Assembly: GCA_030390025.1 (NCBI GenBank)
Contig: CM059432.1
Coordinates: forward strand, 75,456,001 to 75,520,000
Source: Squalus acanthias
Taxonomy: Eukaryota
DNA length: 64,000 nucleotides
Reading direction: 5' to 3'
Part shown: piece after piece, positions 63,905 to 64,000 of the stretch
Numbering within the stretch: the first letter of the stretch is position 1
Layout: every line of letters starts with the position of its first letter
The notes under the pieces: model-generated
The model's database searches: none
What the model was told of the DNA's origin: nothing
The model's input: the letters and a program-made list of their open reading frames with translations, nothing else
Position numbers and translations under genes: made by a program

Positions 63905-64000
63905 GAATGGTCATGTTGTTGGATCTCGTAGGGACATACAATCGTTTGTCCATGCTTCTTAAATCCCTGTAGCTCTGTTCCCACCAGGGTCCCGCTAACA

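Larger units (their letters stand above)
63090..64000 (-). pseudogene. env: Envelope / class I fusion glycoprotein-like gene, C-terminal 242 codons (3 nonsense codons, Penelope insertion, runs off window)
   Basis: One frame: Cys-rich ectodomain with NKT/NCT/NTT sequons, heptad LTKLRTEIE*SRKQFYQLQQHNQETRQKINNI, TM ITHALVVIQLIVVVYLLI, basic tail, TAA inside LTR start. Confidence 0.78.

Overview
Eukaryotic, repeat-dominated vertebrate DNA, most likely from a cartilaginous fish (shark-type CR1 and L2 LINEs, Deu-domain tRNA SINEs, Penelope fragments, many PIF/Harbinger derivatives). No host gene could be recognised, so the window looks intronic or intergenic. Most long ORFs are decayed CR1/L2 reverse transcriptase pieces or artefacts of tandem repeats. 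Highlights: (1) At the right edge (minus strand) lies the 3' end of an endogenous retrovirus-like provirus. It has a Cys-rich, glycosylated env-like frame with heptad repeat, TM helix and basic tail (242 codons, reconstructable after excising a Penelope insert), a polypurine tract and an 877-bp LTR bounded by TGTTGTAA...TTACAACA. The Env lacks the gamma-type CX6CC motif and looks like an F-type class I fusion protein (loki- or spuma-like). (2) A ~9-kb full-length CR1 ends 5' in a 2.3-kb array of 30-bp CpG-rich, TATA-containing monomers. (3) Penelope termini carry minimal hammerhead ribozyme motifs. (4) There are spliced Harbinger Myb/SANT genes with coiled-coil and AT-hook tails, three near-identical 893-894-bp Harbinger MITEs, a probable solo LTR and many resolvable nested insertions. 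Family names come from motif recognition only; boundaries without TSD support are approximate.
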